NCBI GenBank assembly: GCA_036337295.1
Contig: JAYZEN010000013.1
Coordinates: 187,862-251,861 of the forward strand
Direction of reading: 5' to 3'
Origin: Pseudomonadota bacterium
Lineage (GTDB): Bacteria; Pseudomonadota; Gammaproteobacteria; Pseudomonadales; Ketobacteraceae
DNA: 64,000 bases
Positions 1 to 11,056 of the stretch are shown here, piece after piece. Below the pieces are notes generated by a model that was given only the letters and a program-made list of their open reading frames with translations, was not told where the DNA came from and searched no databases. The first letter of the stretch is position 1. Each line of letters begins with the position of its first letter. The position numbers and the translations under genes were made by a program.

Positions 1-16
1 CGGTTGGCCACCGGCT

Positions 17-1078
17 GTGACCCTGTGCCTTGTCTCCCTGGTGCTGGTCTGGTTGATCAAACGCCTGACCCTGAATCGACTGCAACGCATCGCCGACCGC
101 TCCCGATTTTATTATGACAGCCTGCTCATCAGTGCCCTGCATCTGCCACTGACGCTTTTGATTCTGCTGCTGCACCTGTTTTTTCTGGAATACCTGCTGA
201 TCACCTTCGAAGCAGAGACCTTCAGCCTGCAGCCCATCCTGTCCGGCGCGGCCAAAATTCTCATCATCGTCGCCATCATCCTGTTCGCCGACCGCTTCCT
301 CTCGGGGCTGCTGCAGCAACAGACCACCCGCTCCGAGGCGCTGAAAACCAGCAAGGGCATCCTCATGGGGATTACCCGCGGCATTGTGTTCGGCATCGGT
401 GGACTCATCATGCTGGGCACCCTGGGGATTTCCATCACTCCTTTGATTGCCTCCCTGGGCATTACGTCCCTGGCGGTGGCGCTGGCGCTGCAGCCCACCC
501 TGGAAAACTTTTTTTCCGGCGTACAACTGATTGTGGACAAACCGGTTCGCGTGGGGGATTTCATAGAACTGGATTCCGGTGAACAGGGCTTTGTGGAAAA
601 GATCGGCTGGCGTTCCACCTGGATCAGGATGCTGCCCAACAACACCGTCATCATGCCCAACAGCGCGCTTTCCAACTCCAAGATCATCAATTATTTCTAT
701 CCGGAAAAAGAGCTGTCGGTGCCGGTGGAAGTGGGCGTGCACTACAACTCGGATCTGGATCATGTGGAGCAGATTACCCTGGAGGTGGCCCGCGAGATTC
801 TCATCTCACACAAATGGGGTGTAGATGATTACGAAACCTTTGTCGTGTTTCACACCTTTGACAGTTCCAGCATCAACTTCACGGTGATGTTGCGGGCCCA
901 GGAATATTTTAACCGCTTTTTCATAAAATCCGAGTTCATCAAGGCATTACACAGGCGTTACCGGGAGGAAGGCATCGTCATTCCATACCCCATCCGCGCC
1001 ATCAACACCTCTCAGGAAAATGGGCGCGATCTTTGCAGCGACACTGCAAACCAGACAAACCGGGGTACGGACACATGA
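17..1078 (+). CDS. MscS-family mechanosensitive ion channel; the N-terminus may extend beyond the window start
   Basis: 353-aa ORF with N-terminal TM helices and the conserved MscS beta-domain region (GIGGLIMLG, PVRVGDFIE, GWRSTWIRMLPNNTVIMPNS). A GTG at 17 is only 16 nt from the window edge. Confidence 0.75.
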   Translation: MTLCLVSLVLVWLIKRLTLNRLQRIADRSRFYYDSLLISALHLPLTLLILLLHLFFLEYLLITFEAETFSLQPILSGAAKILIIVAIILFADRFLSGLLQQQTTRSEALKTSKGILMGITRGIVFGIGGLIMLGTLGISITPLIASLGITSLAVALALQPTLENFFSGVQLIVDKPVRVGDFIELDSGEQGFVEKIGWRSTWIRMLPNNTVIMPNSALSNSKIINYFYPEKELSVPVEVGVHYNSDLDHVEQITLEVAREILISHKWGVDDYETFVVFHTFDSSSINFTVMLRAQEYFNRFFIKSEFIKALHRRYREEGIVIPYPIRAINTSQENGRDLCSDTANQTNRGTDT

Positions 1079-1509
1079 CGCTACACATCAGCATTGCCAC
1101 CGCCAGCAGCGAACTGGGGGATACACCCATCAACCTCGCCATCACCAAACTGGCCGCAGACCTGGCCCGTGCCCGCAGCCAGAGACGTTTACCCGCCGGC
1201 CCCACGCTGGATTTGAGCTTTCTGTTGCCGGGCAAGCTGGATAAACCGGAATTCTCCGGCATGCGGATGGGCGGCTATACCCACGACAACAACATTCTGT
1301 TTTTCGAAAAAGCAGTACCGGAAGGCATGATCTATTCTGAGCGCGCCGACGACTACGTGGCCATGGTACTGCAGGATGTGATCGACAACGCCGACAGCTT
1401 CTTCAGCGAGAATCATATTTCATTTGACGTCAAAGCCTGGCACAACCTGGTGTACGCCATCACCGCCGCCCTGCCTGCCGACGCCTACCCGATCAACACC
1501 GGCCTGTAA
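1075..1509 (+). CDS. hypothetical protein (144 aa)
   Basis: ORF whose ATG at 1075 overlaps the preceding stop (ATGA). No recognisable motif. Confidence 0.45.
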   Translation: MTLHISIATASSELGDTPINLAITKLAADLARARSQRRLPAGPTLDLSFLLPGKLDKPEFSGMRMGGYTHDNNILFFEKAVPEGMIYSERADDYVAMVLQDVIDNADSFFSENHISFDVKAWHNLVYAITAALPADAYPINTGL

Positions 1510-1640
1510 GCCACCCGTCATGCACTTCGCTTCTATGCATCCGGCGTTATGAAACCAATCGTTCTCAATAGACTTTCCAACCCTGACACATATCATGGGT
1601 CAACCTGTACAGACACTGCCATACTTAGCGTTCATGTTTC

Positions 1641-2582
1641 ATGAATATCCAGACGGACAGGGTGGTAGGTGCAGTGCAGCAGATCAGCAACATCGATTCA
1701 GTAGCCAAGCAGATTCAACAGGAAAGCGCGGGCAAAGCCGACAAGCGCGAACTGACCAAGCAGGACATTTTCAAACACGGGTACTATCCCTACAGCAAGA
1801 AAATGACCCGCCGTGAATACGAAACCAAAAAGCAGGAACTGCAGGTGGAGTTGCTGAAATTTCAGAATTGGGTCAAAACCACCAAGCAGAAAGTGGTGAT
1901 TCTGTTTGAGGGCCGCGACGCCGCCGGCAAGGGAGGCACCATCAAACGGGTAATGGAGCACATGAACCCCCGTGGTGCCCGGGTGGTGGCATTGGAAAAA
2001 CCCACCGAAACCGAAGCCGGCCAGTGGTACTTCCAGCGTTACATCGAACACTTCCCCACGGCCGGTGAAATCGTCCTGTTTGACCGCTCCTGGTACAACC
2101 GGGCAGGTGTAGAGCGGGTAATGAATTTCTGCAATGAACAGGAATACCTGGAGTTCATGCGCCAGACCCCGGAGCTGGAACGCATGCTGACCCGCAGCGG
2201 TATCCTGCTGTTCAAGTTCTGGTTTTCCGTCAGTCGTGAGGAGCAGTTCCGCCGCTTTCAGGAACGCCGCAAAGACCCGCTCAAACAATGGAAGCTGAGC
2301 CCCATCGACCTGGCCTCGCTGGACAAATGGAGCGATTACACCAAAGCCAAGGAAGCCATGTTTTTTTATACCGACACCGCCGACGCGCCCTGGACGGTTA
2401 TAAAATCCGACGACAAAAAGCGGGCCCGCATCAACGCCATGCGTTATCTGTTAAGCAAAGCCGACTATCCCGATAAAAATCCCGAAGTAGCAATGGACCC
2501 GGACCCGCTCATCGTCGGCAGCGCCCGCGACATCCATGAGCAGGACGAGAAAGTGCTCACGCGCGATGATTTGATCAGTTAA
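1641..2582 (+). CDS. ppk2: polyphosphate kinase 2 (PPK2 family phosphotransferase)
   Basis: Walker A FEGRDAAGKGG and PPK2 lid motifs (DRSWYNRAG, KFWFSVSREEQ). Confidence 0.85.
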   Translation: MNIQTDRVVGAVQQISNIDSVAKQIQQESAGKADKRELTKQDIFKHGYYPYSKKMTRREYETKKQELQVELLKFQNWVKTTKQKVVILFEGRDAAGKGGTIKRVMEHMNPRGARVVALEKPTETEAGQWYFQRYIEHFPTAGEIVLFDRSWYNRAGVERVMNFCNEQEYLEFMRQTPELERMLTRSGILLFKFWFSVSREEQFRRFQERRKDPLKQWKLSPIDLASLDKWSDYTKAKEAMFFYTDTADAPWTVIKSDDKKRARINAMRYLLSKADYPDKNPEVAMDPDPLIVGSARDIHEQDEKVLTRDDLIS

Positions 2583-2593
2583 GGAGTATTTAG

Positions 2594-2821
2594 ATGGCAC
2601 AGAAACAAACCCGGCACGCACAACAGGTGGTGGACGCCTTCAAGGATAAGCTCAGCAAAAGCGGCATTGAACATGTTGGCCAGAAGCATTTCGAGGAGCT
2701 GCAGTTGCTGATCGAGTCGGCCATAGATGCCGCTGTGTTTTTGGAGATGGAACGGGTGGCGGACCAGGTCAGCAGCCTGGCCCATTCCATCCGCAACAGT
2801 GCCGAGCACTTCGACAGCTGA
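2594..2821 (+). CDS. small hypothetical protein (75 aa)
   Basis: Strong RBS AAGGAG 8 nt upstream of the ATG. A terminator hairpin follows. Confidence 0.45.
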   Translation: MAQKQTRHAQQVVDAFKDKLSKSGIEHVGQKHFEELQLLIESAIDAAVFLEMERVADQVSSLAHSIRNSAEHFDS

Positions 2822-2832
2822 TCCAAATAAAA

Positions 2833-2857
2833 TCCCCCGGCCTTGCGGCTCGGGGGA
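2833..2857. terminator. bidirectional rho-independent terminator hairpin
   Basis: TCCCCCG(N11)CGGGGGA inverted repeat. On the minus strand it is followed by a U-tract (AUUUUAUUU), so it terminates the convergent MCP gene. It also closes the small plus-strand ORF. Confidence 0.55.
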
Positions 2858-2911
2858 TGTTCAAATTGTCTCGATTCCATTTGTTTCTGTTCAGACCAGT
2901 ATGATCCGGTT

Positions 2912-5900
2912 TTAAAACTCTTCCCACTCATCATCGTCATGCACCCTGGGGGCGGCAGGTGTTCTTACTCCACCCCCAAAGGCCGGTGCCTTCGACGGCG
3001 CAGCTTTGCCCGCACTGGGGGCTGACCGTGCCGCCGCGGCTCTTGGCGCTGCAGCGTGACCACCCTGCACCATGGTGGCACCGTGATCCAGTTTAAAGAA
3101 GCCCACCAGATTCATCAGTGAACGGGCCTGTTCTGCCATGGCTTCCCCTGCAGCGCTGGCCTCTTCCACCAAGGCCGCATTTTGCTGGGTCATTTCATCC
3201 ATCTCACCCACGGCCTGGTTGATCTGGATAATGCTGGAGCTCTGCTCACTGGCCGCGGCATTGATGTCACCAATCATGGCAGTCACTTCCCGCACCGCCT
3301 CCACAATCTCGGCTAAGGTGGTGCCGGACCGGTTCACCAGGTCCGTACCGGCTTCCACTTTCTTCACCGAATCCCGGATCAGATCCTTGATTTCTTTAGC
3401 CGCACCGGCAGAGCGCTGTGCCAGGTTACGCACCTCGCCCGCCACCACGGCAAACCCGCGCCCCTGCTCTCCGGCCCGGGCCGCTTCCACCGCAGCATTG
3501 AGCGCCAGCAGGTTGGTCTGGAAGGCTATCTCATCGATCACACCGATGATATCCGCAATGCGTTTACTGGAGCTGTTGATCTCCTCCATGGCCACCACAG
3601 CATTCTTGACCACCTGACCGCCGGATTCCGCTTTGCCCACCGCGTTCTGCGACAACTGGTTGGCATGCTGGGCATTGTCACTGGTTTGCTGCACCGCCCC
3701 GGTCATCTCTTCCATGCTGGATGCGGTTTCCTCCAGCGAGGACGCCTGCTCTTCGGTACGCTGGCTGAGATCGGCATTACCCTGGGCAATTTCATTGGCA
3801 CCGGTGGTAACCGAAGAAGACGCCTCGATGATGTTGGCGATAACCTCTTCCAGTTTGTCCACAGTGGCGTTGGCATCGTCCTTCAGGCGTTTGAACAGGC
3901 CGTCATAGTCAGCGTTGATTTTCTGGGTCAAATCACCGGCAGCCAGGGCCGACAACACCCGGGCAATATCATGCATGCCGTCATTGGTGACCTTCATCAA
4001 CTCGTTAAGCCCATTGGCCAGGTTGGCAAAGAATCCCTGTTTGCCCGCCAACGGCAGGCTCTGACTGAAATCACCCTTGGCTGCCGCTTCCACGATGCTG
4101 TTGACTTCGTTCTCCACCACCACTTCCTGGGTTCGATCCAGCCATTCCACCACGGTGCCCAGGCGTTCACCGGTTTCCGACAATACGGGATTCGCCACCA
4201 GGCGGAAGGTGCGGCCACCCACCTTGATCTGTGTATCGTAAGTACCTTTTAACTCACGGATCAGGCGTTGCTGGTGTGCCGGGTTCTTATGGAACACATC
4301 CATATTCGCCCCCATCAGCTTGCTGGCCTGAAAATTCGGCAGATCTTTACGCAAATCCCGTTCGGCCGTGGACATCATCTCCTTCAGGGATTCGTTCATA
4401 TAAACGATCTGGTTATTGGCATCGGCGATCATGGTGTTGGTGGAACCATTATCCAATGCAATACGCACCCGTTGATTCTCACTGGCAATCTGCAGCTCTT
4501 CCTGCTCTTGTGCCAATTGATCGGTCATGTCGTTCCATTCCACAATGGTTCCGATCCGCGCACCGGCTTCATCGAACAGGGGCGTGGCAATCAAGCTGAA
4601 GGTCAGGGTGCCTACCTTGATGCGGGTGCGGTACACTTCTTTCAACTTGTTTACCATGCCACGCTGATGGGAAGGGTCCTTATGGAAGATATCCATATTC
4701 GCCCCCATCAATTGCGACAGATTGAAATTGGGCACATGCTGCCTTAGCTCATCGTTGCGCCGCTCCAGCATGCGGGTGACCGCCTGATTCAGGAACACAA
4801 TGTTGTAATCCGCGTCGGCAATCATCACTGAGGTATCACACACCATCAACGCATCCGCCAGGCGTTTGCTCTCGGCACTCAAGCGCTCCGCCTCCTCTGC
4901 CGACTTCGCAGATTCCTGCGCCGCCTCCTGTTCCCGCTGACGGGTTTCCCGCAAGGCGGTTTGCAATGAACGCACACCGCCCAGCAGGCTGGCGATTTCA
5001 TCGGTTCCCTGAACAGCGATTTGGCCTTCCAATTGGCCATGCTGAATGTTGGCCATGTGTTCATTGGCCGCGTTCAACCCTCGCAGCAAGTTCCGAATCA
5101 CCAATACCGTCAGCCCCAACGCAACCACGAAGGCAATGATCATTTCCGCCAGCGTCCGATTCTGCTCGCTTTGCATGGAATCAATGCGAGCCTGCAACAG
5201 GCGCTGCAAATGGGGCACGGTATTCTGCTGCAAGGTATAACCGGCGCTCACCAGATTGGTGCCCTGTGCAAACAGTTCACGACTGTCCAGGTCCGAGCGC
5301 TCGCTATCAATAATCTGCTGCACGTGACTGGCGAAACGATCGCTGGCGGCCTGCATCGTGGCAATATCACCACTCAGCGCGCCGCCGATGGAATCACTGG
5401 CCTTCTGGGCCGAGCGCAGGGCGTCCCGCACTTTGTCCACGGCGATCGGTTTCAACGCAATCAAGTTTCGAAGCGCGGCATCCGGCGCCCGACCATCCGC
5501 CACCGAGGCCGCTGCCGCACCCCGCATACGGGCAGAGTATTCAATGGCACGGGGCAGGGTGAACGACATCAGCTGCATCAGATAGAAGCTGTCTACTTCC
5601 GGGTCCAGGGTCAGGTTGGACTGATCGGAGTAAAACTCGATATACACCAGGATGTCTTCGATCATGCGGGTGTGGGCGGCGAAGCCCTCCGCAGGGGCGA
5701 GGGTGTTGAGTGATGACTTTACGCTCTGCCAGGTGCGCTCGATGTTCGCCAGGCGATCCCCCAACTTCACATCGTCACGGTACTTTTGCTCGAGGGCTTT
5801 CAGCGTGCTGAGCGCCGCCTCAAATTTCCCGGCGGCCTCCAGCATGGGCCCGCGGGCGGCTTCCACCCCTTTCGCCACCTGGATACCGTTGCCCCGGTGC

Positions 5901-6091
5901 AGTTGCGCGGATTTGATCAGTTCAAAGGAGGGTTGATAGAACTCTGTGCCGTACAGTTCTTTCGCGGAGAAATATTCGCGGGCACTCCATTCGCTGAATA
6001 CGATGCTGGCGATGATGCCGATTACCACGGTAAACAGCCCCACCACCAAAGCCATCTTGGCCTTCATACTCAAATACGTTATCCAGTTCAT
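2912..6091 (-). CDS. methyl-accepting chemotaxis protein with tandem PAS domains
   Basis: 1059 aa. N-terminal TM and ligand-binding region, HAMP, two PAS-like repeats (MGANMD.FHK...QRG/QQR), and an MCP signalling domain (LLALNAAVEAARAGEQGRGFAVVAGEVRNLA). The C-terminus ends ...DDDEWEEF. Confidence 0.9.
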   Translation of the reverse strand: MNWITYLSMKAKMALVVGLFTVVIGIIASIVFSEWSAREYFSAKELYGTEFYQPSFELIKSAQLHRGNGIQVAKGVEAARGPMLEAAGKFEAALSTLKALEQKYRDDVKLGDRLANIERTWQSVKSSLNTLAPAEGFAAHTRMIEDILVYIEFYSDQSNLTLDPEVDSFYLMQLMSFTLPRAIEYSARMRGAAAASVADGRAPDAALRNLIALKPIAVDKVRDALRSAQKASDSIGGALSGDIATMQAASDRFASHVQQIIDSERSDLDSRELFAQGTNLVSAGYTLQQNTVPHLQRLLQARIDSMQSEQNRTLAEMIIAFVVALGLTVLVIRNLLRGLNAANEHMANIQHGQLEGQIAVQGTDEIASLLGGVRSLQTALRETRQREQEAAQESAKSAEEAERLSAESKRLADALMVCDTSVMIADADYNIVFLNQAVTRMLERRNDELRQHVPNFNLSQLMGANMDIFHKDPSHQRGMVNKLKEVYRTRIKVGTLTFSLIATPLFDEAGARIGTIVEWNDMTDQLAQEQEELQIASENQRVRIALDNGSTNTMIADANNQIVYMNESLKEMMSTAERDLRKDLPNFQASKLMGANMDVFHKNPAHQQRLIRELKGTYDTQIKVGGRTFRLVANPVLSETGERLGTVVEWLDRTQEVVVENEVNSIVEAAAKGDFSQSLPLAGKQGFFANLANGLNELMKVTNDGMHDIARVLSALAAGDLTQKINADYDGLFKRLKDDANATVDKLEEVIANIIEASSSVTTGANEIAQGNADLSQRTEEQASSLEETASSMEEMTGAVQQTSDNAQHANQLSQNAVGKAESGGQVVKNAVVAMEEINSSSKRIADIIGVIDEIAFQTNLLALNAAVEAARAGEQGRGFAVVAGEVRNLAQRSAGAAKEIKDLIRDSVKKVEAGTDLVNRSGTTLAEIVEAVREVTAMIGDINAAASEQSSSIIQINQAVGEMDEMTQQNAALVEEASAAGEAMAEQARSLMNLVGFFKLDHGATMVQGGHAAAPRAAAARSAPSAGKAAPSKAPAFGGGVRTPAAPRVHDDDEWEEF

Positions 6092-6235
6092 TTCCGTCGT
6101 GCTCCCTGCTATTTACGAAGACCTGTGGCATGGGCAGAATTCACCCCTTAACTATTAGTTATAGCATCGCCTGCCAACTTCGCTACAGTGCTCCCCGCCG
6201 ACGGTACGGGGAGCACAGCCCCTATACAGCAGCCC

Positions 6236-6793
6236 CTACACCGCGCCCCACACCTCGCGCTTGGCATCGGTGGTGCAGGCCAGCGCCTCATCCAGGGTGG
6301 CGGCCGGGTATTTGGGTTTGTAAGAGGCCAGCTCCGCGGCCAACGTCACCAGCTTGTCCGCCGGGGACTGACCCTTGAAGTCGCCTTTCTCCAGCGCCAG
6401 CTCTTCCATGGCCTCGTTCCAGGGCACCCCCTGTACCAGGGGAATCAGGGTCATATCGGCGCCACCGAGTTCAATTTTCATGGGGTCTTTCAAATCGACG
6501 ATGAACAGGATTCCCTTCAGGCCCGGCGCAAAATCACTGCCGTACTTGTCCAACAGAGTGGGGATGTCTGCCACGGAGTCCAGGCCACCCACCAGCAGGG
6601 TAAGGGTCTCACCGGCCACCAGCACTGCGCCCCGCATCACCAGCTCCGGCGGCATGGCATGGCCTTTGTCGTCCTTCTCCCCTTCCACCAGGATCAGGTC
6701 ACCACGGTAACCCCAAACCCCTGCGTCGCTGGTTTCCTCCAGGAAATTCTGGTTGAAAAACAGCCCTTTATCTTTGTATTGCTGTAATAGCAT
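6236..6793 (-). CDS. conserved hypothetical protein (185 aa)
   Basis: Single long ORF with coding-like codon usage. No confident domain call from sequence alone. Confidence 0.5.
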   Translation of the reverse strand: MLLQQYKDKGLFFNQNFLEETSDAGVWGYRGDLILVEGEKDDKGHAMPPELVMRGAVLVAGETLTLLVGGLDSVADIPTLLDKYGSDFAPGLKGILFIVDLKDPMKIELGGADMTLIPLVQGVPWNEAMEELALEKGDFKGQSPADKLVTLAAELASYKPKYPAATLDEALACTTDAKREVWGAV

Positions 6794-7041
6794 GATCAGC
6801 TCCTAACGGTTTTGTGATATTACCGACAGGGCAATTCCCGTGCCCAGATCGCTGCGACCAGAATTGTCATAAAAACAACATGTTAACAATCTGAACCCTT
6901 GGCGCGTTTACCTCACTTGTCGCACTTGCGACAAACCACTTCAGCCATTGACCCACCGGTCCCAAACCCGGTATGTTGCCGTGGCCTGTCCTAATCACAA
7001 CCAAGCTCACAATCAAGCCAATCGACCAAGGAGAAGTTTCC

Positions 7042-7344
7042 ATGTACATCGCCATGAACCGGTTCCGCATCGCCCTGGGCCGGGAACAGGATTTCATCAA
7101 CATCTGGAAAAACCGCGAAACCCATCTGGACGAAGTGCCCGGCTTCAAGCAATTCAACCTGCTGCAGGGCCCCTCCGACGAACAATGCACCCTGTTTGGC
7201 TCCCACTCCGTCTGGGAATCCGAGGAGGCCTTCATCAACTGGACGCAATCCGAAGCCTTCCGCAAAGCCCATGCCCAAGCCGGGGATTCCAAGGGCATCT
7301 ATCTGGGTCCGCCGAAATTTGAGGGTTTCAAGGCGGTGCTCTGA
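7042..7344 (+). CDS. antibiotic-biosynthesis-monooxygenase (ABM) domain protein
   Basis: 100-aa product. MYIAMNRFRIA...F...W.SEEAF..W..S..F is typical of the ABM/ActVA-Orf6 fold. RBS AAGGAGAAG before ATG 7042. Confidence 0.6.
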   Translation: MYIAMNRFRIALGREQDFINIWKNRETHLDEVPGFKQFNLLQGPSDEQCTLFGSHSVWESEEAFINWTQSEAFRKAHAQAGDSKGIYLGPPKFEGFKAVL

Positions 7345-7383
7345 AGCACCGCTGCGCGCTCACCCGGGCACAAGCCCCGGCCC

Positions 7384-7411
7384 TGACGCCCCTGCCTAAA
7401 CCGGTTATAAT
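7384..7411 (+). promoter_or_regulatory. sigma70-like promoter upstream of gmk
   Basis: TGACGC, a 16-nt spacer, then a perfect TATAAT at 7406-7411, about 110 nt upstream of the gmk start. Confidence 0.4.
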
Positions 7412-7488
7412 GCCGCGGCGACCTGCGCCGTGGCCCCCACATCGAAATATCCGCCACTTGCCACTAAACTGAATCACACAGCCTGTAG

Positions 7489-8133
<645 letters not shown>

Positions 8134-8186
8134 TCCCACAAAACGGTACAATACCCGGCTTGGCCGAAAAAACACTGAGGTAAAAC

Positions 8187-8456
8187 ATGGCACGCGTGAC
8201 CGTTGAAGACTGCCTGACGAAAGTAGACAACCGATTCTCTCTGGTGCTGGTTGCGAGCAAGCGCGCCCGCCAGATCGCCACCGGCGGTAAAGACCCCTAT
8301 GTCGAGTGGGAAAACGACAAACCCACTGTCGTGGCCCTGCGGGAAATCGCCGAAGGCTACGTGGATCAGTCCATCCTGACCCGCAAACCAGAGCCCAAAC
8401 AGTTCCGTGAGAGCACTTTCCACAGTGCCTTCAACAACCCCGGCCTGGAAGATTAA
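8187..8456 (+). CDS. rpoZ: DNA-directed RNA polymerase omega subunit
   Basis: [10 protein letters not shown]...[14 protein letters not shown] is the canonical RpoZ N-terminus. Confidence 0.9.
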   Translation: MARVTVEDCLTKVDNRFSLVLVASKRARQIATGGKDPYVEWENDKPTVVALREIAEGYVDQSILTRKPEPKQFRESTFHSAFNNPGLED

Positions 8457-8529
8457 TTCACTTTCAATCTGCTGTTCTCATTACCGCTCAATCCCATTAC
8501 ACTAAATCCTCTGAGGAGGGATTGAGCAG

Positions 8530-10647
8530 TTGCAAACCGTTGAAACACTTATAGAAAAGCTGGACTATCTGCCCGTTGAGCAGCGCGCAGACATCGAGCG
8601 CGCCTATTATTTCGCCGAGCAGGCCCACGAAGGCCAGTATCGGCGCAGCGGCGACCCCTACATTGTCCACCCCCTCGCCGTCGGCAAGATCCTGGCAGAC
8701 ATGCACATGGATGCCCAGAGCGTGGAAGCCGCCCTCCTCCACGACGTCATCGAAGATACCCACGTCTCCAAAGACGACGTCACCAACGCCTTTGGCGAAG
8801 TGGTGGCAGACCTGGTGGACGGTGTCTCCAAAATCGGCGCCATCAAGTTCGAATCCAAGGCGGAGGCCCAGGCGGAGAACTTCCGCAAGATGGTACTGGC
8901 CATGACCAAGGACATCCGCGTGATCCTGGTGAAACTGGCAGACCGTCTCCACAACATGCGTACCCTGGGGGTTCTGCACCCCACCAAACGCCGCCGCATC
9001 GCCCTCGAGACCCTGGAGATCTATGCCCCCATCGCCAACCGGCTGGGCATGAACAACATCCGGGTGGAACTGGAGGATCTCAGCTTCACCCACATGTACC
9101 CCATGCGGGCGGCGCGCATCAAAAAGGCCACCAAGACCTCCCGCGGTCATCGCAAGGACATGGTGTCCCGCATCCAGGAGTCCATCGACAATCGCCTGGC
9201 ACGGGACGGCCTGAGCGGCCGCGTCATCGGCCGGGAAAAGCACCTGTACAGCATCTACAGCAAGATGAAAACCCAGCGCAAACCGTTCAACGAAATCATG
9301 GACGTATACGGCTTCCGCATCATCGTGGACTCCGTCGACATGTGCTATCGGGTATTGGGCGCCATCCACAACCTGTACAAACCCATCCCCGGCCGCTTTA
9401 AAGATTACATCGCCATTCCCAAAGCCAACGGCTACCAATCCCTGCACACTACCCTCATCGGCATGAACGGGGTGCCCATCGAAATCCAGGTCCGCACCGA
9501 GGAAATGGACGCCATGGCCAACAACGGGATTGCCGCCCACTGGCTGTACAAGTCCGACCCGGACCCCGCTGGCGGCGCCCAGAACCGGGCCAAGGAATGG
9601 TTGAAAGGCCTGCTGGAAATGCAGCAACGGGCCGGTAATTCCCAGGACTTCCTGGAAACCGTGAAGATCGACCTGTTCCCCGATGAGGTCTATGTGTTCA
9701 CCCCCAAAGGGGACATTCTGGAACTGCCCACCGGCGCCACTCCAGTGGATTTCGCCTATGCCGTGCATACCGATGTGGGCAACAGCTGCGTGGCGGCGCG
9801 CCTGGACCACCGTCTGGTGCCCCTGTCCACACCGATCCAGAGCGGCCAGACCATCAAGATCATCACCGCACCGGGGGCCTGCCCCAACCCGGCCTGGCTC
9901 AGCTTCGTCACCACCGCCAAGGCCCGCGCCAACATCCGGCATTTCCTGAAGAATCAGCGCCGCTCCGAATCCGTGGCCCTGGGTCGCCGCCTGCTGGACA
10001 AAGCGCTGTCCAGCTTCGACCTGGCCCTGGAGGCCATTTCCGAGGAACGCATCACCACCGCTCTGGCGGAAGCCGGCTTCAAAACCCTGGACGACCTGCT
10101 GGAAGACATCGGCCTGGGCAACCAGATGGCGCAGATTGCCGCCCGCCGCATGCTGCCCCACGAAGGCGACACCAACGACGCCGGTGGCGTCAGCAAGCCC
10201 AAACCGTTGGTGATCCGCGGCACCGAAGGCATGGTAATCGCACTGGCCAAATGCTGTCGCCCCATTCCCGGCGACTCGGTCATGGGCCACCTCAGCTCCG
10301 GTCGCGGCATGGTGATTCACCGGGATAACTGCAAGAACATCGCCTCGGAACTGAAAGAGAATCCGGAGAAATGCCTGTCGGTGGAATGGGCCAAGGATTT
10401 TGAAGGGGAATACGCTGTGGACCTGCGGGTGCAGATGGAAAACGAACGCGGCGCCCTGGCCAGCCTGGCCTCCCTCATCTCCCAGGCCGACGCCAACATC
10501 GAAACCATCAACATAAAAGAAAAAGATGCCCACCTGTCAGTGGTGAGTCTGCGTATTTCCATTCGCGACCGACAGCATCTGGCCAAAACCATCCGCCGCA
10601 TGCGTACGCTGAAAGCCGTGCATCGCATCGTGCGGGTGCGCAACTGA
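8530..10647 (+). CDS. spoT: bifunctional (p)ppGpp synthetase/hydrolase SpoT
   Basis: 705 aa. HD domain (HPLAV...HDVIEDT), synthetase, TGS and ACT regions collinear with E. coli SpoT. TTG start. Confidence 0.9.
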   Translation: MQTVETLIEKLDYLPVEQRADIERAYYFAEQAHEGQYRRSGDPYIVHPLAVGKILADMHMDAQSVEAALLHDVIEDTHVSKDDVTNAFGEVVADLVDGVSKIGAIKFESKAEAQAENFRKMVLAMTKDIRVILVKLADRLHNMRTLGVLHPTKRRRIALETLEIYAPIANRLGMNNIRVELEDLSFTHMYPMRAARIKKATKTSRGHRKDMVSRIQESIDNRLARDGLSGRVIGREKHLYSIYSKMKTQRKPFNEIMDVYGFRIIVDSVDMCYRVLGAIHNLYKPIPGRFKDYIAIPKANGYQSLHTTLIGMNGVPIEIQVRTEEMDAMANNGIAAHWLYKSDPDPAGGAQNRAKEWLKGLLEMQQRAGNSQDFLETVKIDLFPDEVYVFTPKGDILELPTGATPVDFAYAVHTDVGNSCVAARLDHRLVPLSTPIQSGQTIKIITAPGACPNPAWLSFVTTAKARANIRHFLKNQRRSESVALGRRLLDKALSSFDLALEAISEERITTALAEAGFKTLDDLLEDIGLGNQMAQIAARRMLPHEGDTNDAGGVSKPKPLVIRGTEGMVIALAKCCRPIPGDSVMGHLSSGRGMVIHRDNCKNIASELKENPEKCLSVEWAKDFEGEYAVDLRVQMENERGALASLASLISQADANIETINIKEKDAHLSVVSLRISIRDRQHLAKTIRRMRTLKAVHRIVRVRN

Positions 10648-10666
10648 TTTATTCTGGAGACCAACC

Positions 10667-11050
10667 ATGAGCAAGCGCGAAATCATTTCCACCGACAAAG
10701 CCCCTCAGGCCATCGGCACGTACTCCCAGGCGGTGAAGTGCGGCAGCACCGTGTACCTGTCGGGCCAGATCCCATTGGACCCCGCCACCATGACCCTGGT
10801 GGACGGTGATATGGAAGCCAGCATCGTGCGCGTGTTCGAGAATCTGAAAGCGGTGTGTGAAGCCGCCGGCGGTTCCATGCAGGACATCGCCAAACTGAAT
10901 ATCTTCCTGATTGACCTGAGCCATTTTGCCTTGGTCAACGAAGTGATGGCCCGTTACTTTGAGCAACCCTATCCGGCCCGCGCGGCACTGGCGGTGGCAT
11001 CCTTACCAAAAGGCGCGCCGGTGGAAATGGATGGGGTAATGGAGCTGTAA
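10667..11050 (+). CDS. ridA: RidA/YjgF family reactive-intermediate deaminase
   Basis: 127 aa. AIGTYSQAV...[11 protein letters not shown] is the RidA signature. Position after spoT matches E. coli and Pseudomonas. Confidence 0.85.
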   Translation: MSKREIISTDKAPQAIGTYSQAVKCGSTVYLSGQIPLDPATMTLVDGDMEASIVRVFENLKAVCEAAGGSMQDIAKLNIFLIDLSHFALVNEVMARYFEQPYPARAALAVASLPKGAPVEMDGVMEL

Positions 11051-11056
11051 TTCAAC

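Noticed and set aside
6130-6378. Pro/Arg-rich 82-aa and 199-aa ORFs at 6130-6787 on the plus strand
   Set aside because: They overlap the better-supported minus-strand 185-aa gene and the MCP promoter region. Composition is typical of GC-rich out-of-frame translation.
8497-10533. 678-aa ORF antisense to spoT, plus many other long antisense ORFs (e.g. 11003-12205 and 12551-13630 opposite polA; 31190-32254 opposite rtcR; 36455-37501 opposite recG; 38542-39564 opposite oxyR; 48362-49966 opposite vgrG; 53877-54818 opposite the S8 protease; 56094-57350 opposite the symporter; 21544-22884 and 23710-24606 opposite the lipid cluster; 3138-5713 opposite the MCP)
   Set aside because: Typical high-GC shadow ORFs. 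Their proteins are low-complexity (Gly/Arg/His/Gln-rich), they have no RBS, and the opposite strand carries unambiguous conserved genes.
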